A stretch of DNA of 55,699 bases from Oopsacas minuta. Lineage: Eukaryota > Animalia > Porifera. The position numbers and the translations under genes are program-made. The notes below the pieces were generated by a model that was given only the letters and a program-made list of their open reading frames with translations, was not told where the DNA came from and did no database searches. Below are positions 48,179 to 55,699 of the stretch, one piece after another (the first letter of the stretch is position 1; every line of letters begins with the position of its first letter). The stretch is taken from positions 1-55,699 of the forward strand of contig JAKMXF010000056.1 in assembly GCA_024704765.1 (NCBI GenBank), given 5' to 3'.

Positions 48179-48673
48179 AATGGCGGACTTAAAATTTTTG
48201 GGAATAAGGATAGGATAGTTTAAAGAGGTGCATTTGTTGCGATAATATAAAAATGGTGGATTTCCCAGAATAAAAATCATCGATTCTTGACAATAAACAA
48301 AGTCTATACCTACAAGCATAGCCTACTAAACATAAAGCCTAACATAGTAATTCGAATTTGTGGCACCAGAGATGCAGTATTAGCTGAAAGCATTTATAGA
48401 CATGGTTTCTGAAATGCAGAACCAAGCATTCTTGCCCGAATATTCTCATCTATTTGTAATCATCATTTTACACCTTGTGAGTAAATTGAAAATTAATGAT
48501 AGAGAATCAACATCATTGTTTCCATTTTCTAACAACTGATTATTAGACTGTGCAAATACTTTTATTCGCTTAGTGTATTATCAAACACAAATTAACATTT
48601 TGTAGGTAAATATTACACGATAATACAACTAACGGGAGAAAAGAGTGAATTCCACATGTTATTTGGTAATGTA

Positions 48674-50004
48674 CAGGGCATTCAATAAGTACTAATCACA
48701 CCAAAAGCTTATTGTGTGCAGACAATTATATGCCACACTATTACTATATTATAGTGATCCACATTTCCACTCTTGATTAAAACAATATTATTTAGTTTAG
48801 CTCCATCTTTGTATTAGTTACATCTATTTTCCCATTGCTCATTTTTACATTGAGGTTTTCATGGCTTCTTGCTCAAACTTTTCTGAAATTGAACAACGAA
48901 CCTATATAAAATTTCGCATGCTACTTGAAATCTCATCAAACGCTATCCATGAAGACCTAGTTGCTGTTTGTGGAGATGAAGCACTTTACTATTCTACGGT
49001 TAGGAGATGGGTTAACCTCTTTAGGGATGGAAGGTCTTCTGTCGAAGATGCCCCTCGTTCTGGAGGCCCCAAATTGTCGACGAATGAAGATAAAACGTCA
49101 GAGGTGGTAAGATTGATTGAGTAATACCTTAGTTCTTCTGTTGAAGAAATTGCTAGCTATGTGAACATCTCAACGGGAAGTGCTCATACAAATCTTACGA
49201 CAGAATTAGAGTCGAGGAAGGTTCAAGTATAATGGTACCACATTCCTTAACATTTAAACAGAAGGAGAATAGAGCCAAAATGTGGGAAAGAAACCTAGAA
49301 ATTTACGAACGAGCAGATCCCAGGAGACTATTTGAAATTGTGACAGGAGATGAAATGTGGATACCACTTAGCCCACCAATTAGAAAAGTAGGACAGGAAG
49401 GTTTGACTCAAGAAACGAGAGATACCTCCAGCCGTCTGGTGTCAGAACTTCGTGCAGAGAAGGTTCTCTACTGCATATTATTCGAGGCCTTAGGTCCAGT
49501 AGTTCAGATACCTGTTCCAAAGGGTCAGACACTTACTGGGACATTTACACCGAAGTAGTATTACCAGAAGTCGAAAAGTATTATGCCAAAAGCAGTCCAA
49601 AAACGAGTACACGTGGATTGAAGATTTTTCACCATAATGCCAGGCCGCATAAAACTTTGGCTGTACGACAAAAGATTAAGGATATGGGGACGGAAGAGGT
49701 ACTACACTCTCCTTACTCACCAGATATAGTGCCATGTGATCTCTACCTGTTTCGCAAGTTGAAAGACCACATTTCTGGACATGATTTTGAGGATAGAGTC
49801 AGCCTCGGGCGAGTTATTTATCATTAACTCAATGACATACCCAAAGAAGAGTACAAAATAATATTTGAAAATTGGATTAAGATGTTAAATTCAGTTGTTG
49901 ATTGTGGAGGAGACTATTTAGAACATTCTTAATAAAAACTAGGAAATTTTAAACAGTACGAGTATTTCATATGGAGAGTGATTAGGATTTATTGAATGCC
50001 CCTG
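48674..50004 (+). mobile_element. Mariner family F, full-length decayed copy
   Basis: TA|cagggcattcaataagtactaatcac and gtgattaggatttattgaatgcccctg|TA. Fragments include EQRTYIKFR, TGDEMW, HHNARPH and YSPDIVPCDLYLF, with stops and frameshifts. Confidence 0.93.
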
Positions 50005-53000
50005 TATATGGCAGAAATCTGATATAACAGGCTCTAAAATAGTTTGTAATAATAAAATTGTAATAATCTATTACTTCCGTATGTTTCAATTAATCAGAAT
50101 AACTTTGATCAGAAATTATAAATCTCTCTACCAACTGTGAAGTACCACAGTCTCGAGATCAAAATCAATTGACTCGATTTAAAGATTTCGTTCCTGATTA
50201 TCATCAATTTTATTGATGGTACTACTTTCAGATGATATACTAGAGTTATCTCAATTAAAATTGTAATTATAGGCTACCATACAATCAAGCAGTGATTGAG
50301 GGTAAAGAGAATTACTTCAACTGCTCGACAATGTAGTTCATATAATAGACGACATTTTCGATTTAGTGTTCTATCATCAGGCTTCGCAATAAAATATAAT
50401 ACATCAACATTCCCAACAAGAACATGTAACGGAGCCAGAGCAATCTTTTGCAAACATTTCTATAAAGAAGTTGAAGAGTAGTAGAATCAAGGGTATTTCC
50501 AAAAACTTCCATCCAACCAAAAATCAGCATATCTTTCCAGCTAAAAGTCCGTATTTTCTTACTAAAAGTAAGTACAAAACGATTTACACTACACCAACCA
50601 GTCACAAGTATTCGAAAGCCACTACAGTAATATTCCCATTATTCAGAGGCAATAAGATGTGCATTTACGAATGTAATAGAAATGTAAGAGATAACCAATC
50701 TGAAAATTTAGTTGGCATTTTCAAGCTAAATATTTTCTCATAATATAATTTATAGCTGCAGCTAGTGAATGTAATAGATCCTGACTTCATCAATTATCGA
50801 ATTGTTTCTAGTATATATGTCAATTTAGATTGGCCAATACTGATACCATTATTGAATTCCTCGGCTTCGATTACCCCTGGGTAAATTATTCGAAAGGTTA
50901 AGTCTTATTAATAAGGCTACTGTCGTTAATAAACTTTCGAAATATAAATCTGAAGTGAAATCAGACCAGTGAATCCCAAAGATGTCATAAGAATAGATTT
51001 TGCCAAAAACGATTTGATAATAATTAGGTAATCATGTATTGTATTAGCTAGGTGTGACTAGAAAAGGTATATCAAATGGGAAAAACATTAATAAATTTAG
51101 CTCAAACTATGTCAATTAACATGGTCAAAAGGATTATCTAGTAAATATCCAATAAATACACAAAATTTAGTGGTTTCCAAATATTTAAGAATTGTTAGTG
51201 TATTTACTTACAAAAGGTGAAGAAATTTTACCAGACTATAAATGAAAATGTTGGTCACTCCTGTAAAATAAATATTCGATATACTGAATAATGTCAAACA
51301 TCTTCTCTGTACGTGCGAAAGAGAAGTGTAATTACAAATAAAGAGTGGGATAAATAAATAGATAGATGAAAATTAAAAACTACCCCATAGTGAGAAATGC
51401 CCTACCTTAAAATGTATTCTTTTGGATCATTGGCACTGAGGTAGATCAATTTTCGAAAATACCACATTCACATCTAATAAGGGTAAGATCAATATATTCG
51501 TATAATTTATGTATTTTCCTTCCATTAATTATACTGTACAATATTCAGTAAGTGAACACACTGGGAGGTAGATTAACTCATATTGGAAACTCAGTGAAAC
51601 TGTTTCAACGTAACACAAAATGGATAAATAACCCAAGCTGGTATTGCCAATTCTTAGAGATCCCGAATCGCTAGTCATGTCCATTCTGAGCGCATCAAAA
51701 TGATCACAGAAAGCGAGCAAGTCCTCATGTGATACTGAAAGCTTTGCTAAGCGACCAGCCAAAATGTTCACATACGAGAGGTGTGTACTTTCCATGACAT
51801 TGTGCGTAGCAATGGAAACATTTCGGGCCGAGAAAAGTAGTTCATCCTTTGTAGTTTTTCACTATTGAAGATTTACTGTACCCATTGGCTATTATATTCT
51901 AAATCACATTAGATGAAATCGGAGGCAAACTCTCATTGGAGGGAGTTTCCATGAAGCGAAATACCTTATTAAAATGAAAAGTTGAAAATATTGTTTATAA
52001 AGCATGATAGCCAAAGTTTTCTTTCTGCTATCTATTCAAAATTCCATATAATGCGTCTATGAATAAATATAAATCATTATGGAATGAGAATAAAGTTAGA
52101 CAAAGGCTGAGATATACGATAACTCTCGTTAATACGTATAAGTGTGGACTGCGAACATTTGCAATCCTTATCCCAGAGTAGGTATGATCCAAACTAAAAC
52201 ATTGGAAACGCATCGAAGGGAACTGATAATGTGTCCAATTTGTACTCCTTAACCGTGTCGTAATAATGAGACTCTAATGTACTGTCATATTGAAAGAATT
52301 TGAGAAATCATGCTATCATTTTTAGAAATATTTTGGCCATAAAAGGTCATTTTTGGGGTCAATAATTTGAAAAAGATGAAATTTCGAATTAATAACGAGT
52401 AGAAAATATAAGTTTAATAAACTATCGAGGAATTATGGAAAAATGGCATAAAAATAATATCCAGCTTGCTTAAGTGGTCCTAGAATATATTTGAGTAGGT
52501 GATGAATTTATAATTTCCCTAGCAAAGCGGGAAGGTATCAGGAATGTGGCAACTTTGCATTCTCAAATTTGTACTAAAGGCTCAAACGAACAAGTCGGAG
52601 GACACTAATAAATGTGTACTTACCATTATCCTAGCCGCATCGATTGCTCAAGCTGCGCAGATTGCGACACTTTGGAGCTCGCATAAGACTCAGTATTTCT
52701 TTGTGCCTCGATTTTAGCAAAGGATAAGATAGCAAAATGAATTATAATTAGTATTTCAGTTATTTCATTATTTGGATTCAAGAAACTTTGCTACTCCATT
52801 GTAGCAATTAAGAGGAAGATTTAATGCATATTTTAAGATTTCAACTATTTGTTTACTATATATTAATAAAATCAAAATTACATTATAAGATTAATTCAAA
52901 GTGTGAAAATCGGATACAGCATACTTGGTACATTTAGTCAAGTTTTATATAATTACTATAGCGCTTCGCTGCGCGAGAGCTTGGTGGGTCAGATTCAGTA

Positions 53001-54091
53001 TAAGTATCAACCAGCAAAATTTGATGCTTTTGGTGTCTAAACGCACGAGAATAATCGGCACAATGTGTCACGAGTAAGATTATTTGGGAAATTATAAAAA
53101 TCTAATATCCATTGTGCATCGAAATCCATTTAATGACATTCTGTTGTAAAACTGCAGCTGCAAAGTGGCTTTTTGTTAGCAATGTGGGCACCAACTACCT
53201 GGAGTATAATAACATTCTCAAAAAACATAGAAATTCTGAAAATTTTGATTTTTGTACAGCCACGATCATGTAATATATCGACAATGAGTTTGCATTGGGT
53301 TAAAATTGACGAGGTCAGAACGTATGGCACATTGAGGGCATCTGTGATTTTTCGAATATTAAGTTACACCATAATTTGACATAAGTGTGAATTGTTGTCC
53401 AAGAGTCGAAATGTCAGAGGAAGGTGTAAAATACCCCTATATGCCAAAAATTGGCCCTTGGGATCTCCCAGTTTCTTCAATCAATTCTGAACATACAAAC
53501 ATATACGTTATTACATACATACATATCAAGGTTGAAACAGCTCAAACCGAATAACAGTATTCATGAATAGTAGCCTAACTGAATACTGATATTATTCGGT
53601 TTGAGCCAATCGAAGAATGAACACTGATATTCGGTTGGTACCGGAATATTGAATTATTTGCCAAATAATATTCGGTTGAACCGTATATTGAACTATTAGT
53701 AATGGAGAAATTTTACCACTTCCACTCTGCTCGATTAATACGACACCTTGAATCGATTCTCTTTTCGATTTCTGAATCCTGCTAAACTTTCCAGGATCTA
53801 AACCATTAAATAGAACAATTTTATATTCAAAACTCCAAGCAAATGATATTACTGATTTCAGCATAGTTGAAATCATATAATTGCGTGTTTAGAAACAAAT
53901 TTTAGCTTGATCATGACTCTGCTATTAGCAGATAATGAAGTGAATATTCTCATGATATCGAAGAATGTCTACTGATAGCTACTTTTAAATTCATTTTCAA
54001 AAGACTATTGGAGTGGAACTTACACGTTTTTGTCATAGTCTAATCAATATTGCTAGTCCACAATCATAGAAAATGTTTTGGGTACATACTG

Positions 54092-55699
54092 CACAGTGTG
54101 TCAAAATGGACATAATGGGGAAATAGGTAAATGAATCTGTAATATCACCACAATAATACTTACATATACTAAATCGAACTGTATATTTCAAAAATACCAA
54201 CTATTTTTTAGTAGCACGACTATAAACCTAGTTATGACGTAATTACTGACATTTTCTAATTTTTAACACTTGTGGTTCATTAGTGAGGACATTATGAAAG
54301 TTGATAACACATGCATGTCATGGTCTCTATTCTGCTATTTGATAACGTACAATTTAAAGACCCTTAATTATGTATGACTATTGGATATACTTATTATCAT
54401 AAATCATCTGATAGTATACTATTACATACTATTTCTTGGAGGTTATTTGCAACGTCTCTTTTCTTCTTTGCTTGCTTCAAACGATTCTACACTAAGATGG
54501 GGGCCCTACAACATAACAACCTGACTAAAATGTCTCTAACATTATCTGTGAAAGAAATTTTTCTTACAAGATAATCCCGATACCGCCCTACAAATTTATT
54601 GCAGGATTCTAAACATTCCTCAGAGAGATTCTGTAATCCCTTATCATTATTGTAAGCACCTATTAACTGAAACGAATGGGCAAGTAACTTGTGCAAAGAT
54701 AGAGTGATGCTTGCCCATGGGTACTCAACTAGAATAAATTCGTACGTTTCTTTGCACAATTCTTGCATTTTGTCACAGTTAATCAAGTCACCACTGTTGA
54801 GGAGTCTTAACAAAACAGATAGATTCGTCTGGATCTTCCCTAATGATATTTTATCTGAAGGATGAATGGAAGAAGTGGCCCACGTCAAAAGTCTCTCATT
54901 TTAAAAAGCAGTCTCGCGCAATGTTACCAGTGGTTGAAGTGCCGCCCTGGCTTGAAGGGATATCGACACTGAAGGTACATCTTTCCTGGAGTATAGCTCG
55001 AACCCGTTTCATGGAAGAACTTACTTTCGAGTTTGATGGCGCCCATACCTTGTGTCCTGCATCAAGATGGTATATCAACAGCATGAACCACCTGAATACA
55101 CAAAGGTAAGGCATGCAAAGGAGACGCAGCTATATTATCGCTGTTAGAAGTTGGTTGATGCGTAATACCAACACGTTGATTTGATGGGAGCTTCAAGTAA
55201 TCTTCTTCATCAACCTCTCAAAAAGTTGCCAAGCGTGGCTAATTAATCTGTTAATAGGGAACCAGAATGGGCCCATTCTAAACTTTTAATTTAGCTATCC
55301 GTTGCAGTACACAGATGACAAGAAGCCACACCAGCTTCATCCAGCAATCCTGCCATCTTGATATCAAAAAGGGAATGGACTATCGCCCTGTGCATGGCCT
55401 CCAATAAGAGATAACCCATCCTGTATGATATGGTCTGTTTGAGGATTGACTATTGTATTCATGATAAGCTTTATATTAGAATGTTCTTCTTTCAAAGCTA
55501 TCAGTGCTACTGGCCTGAAGCAAAACGGAGAGTTGGGTGAGCTGTTATAGAACACGTCATTTCCAAGTGTGTCTGTAATTGATATTACTTTGAATCCGAA
55601 CAAAATGAAAGTTTTTGTGCTTAATACAGAATTGTTGCTTTGTTGGTTATAGGTTTGATGACAACCGGAGCAATCCAATCCATCAGATATCTTAATTTT
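54092..55699 (-). mobile_element. Transib-type (RAG1-core-like) transposon, 3' part, decayed; runs off the window
   Basis: In order on the minus strand: MDCSG, NSPFCFRPVAL, DIKMAGLLDEAGVASCHLCTAT, SPLH, VDIPSSQGGTSTTGNIAR, LHKLLAHS and LSEECLESCNKFVGRYR. The terminus CACAGTG is at 54092, about 400 bp past the stop. Confidence 0.85.

Noticed and set aside
51529-51860. Helical-looking open frame (DELLFSARNVSIATHNVME...) as an exon
   Set aside because: The nearest good acceptor puts a TGA first in that frame, there is no clear donor, and I recognise no homology.
53420-53700. (acat)n tract and tattcggtt repeats
   Set aside because: These are probably MITE or Helitron scraps, but no ends could be defined.

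Overview
AT-rich animal genomic DNA (species not determinable from sequence alone), mostly nested transposon debris around three recognisable host exons. The host exons are one KIF14 (kinesin-3) FHA exon on + (4196-4471) and the last two coding exons of a divergent Gq-class G-alpha gene on - (44800-45083, 28620-28822; about 16 kb last intron). Two transposons look intact: a Chapaev element (15353-18280; 417-bp TIRs, CATT TSD, 667-aa RAG1-related transposase) and a D,D34D mariner (43231-44569; 359 aa). Decayed elements include seven further mariner copies or fragments, two Chapaev3-type, two Transib-type with CACAGTG termini, hAT, P, Sola2-like, MULE, Tc1, an L2 LINE and MITEs. The most unusual items are (i) a Mutator transposase whose reconstructed frame runs FLYWCH-MULE-IAP-type RING finger, (ii) a foldback element carrying phased GGACATGTCC (p53-type) half-sites in the KIF14 intron, (iii) five RAG-lineage elements in 56 kb, and (iv) a Gq-like subunit with a non-canonical receptor-coupling C-terminus. 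Family names come from remembered motifs, not database searches.
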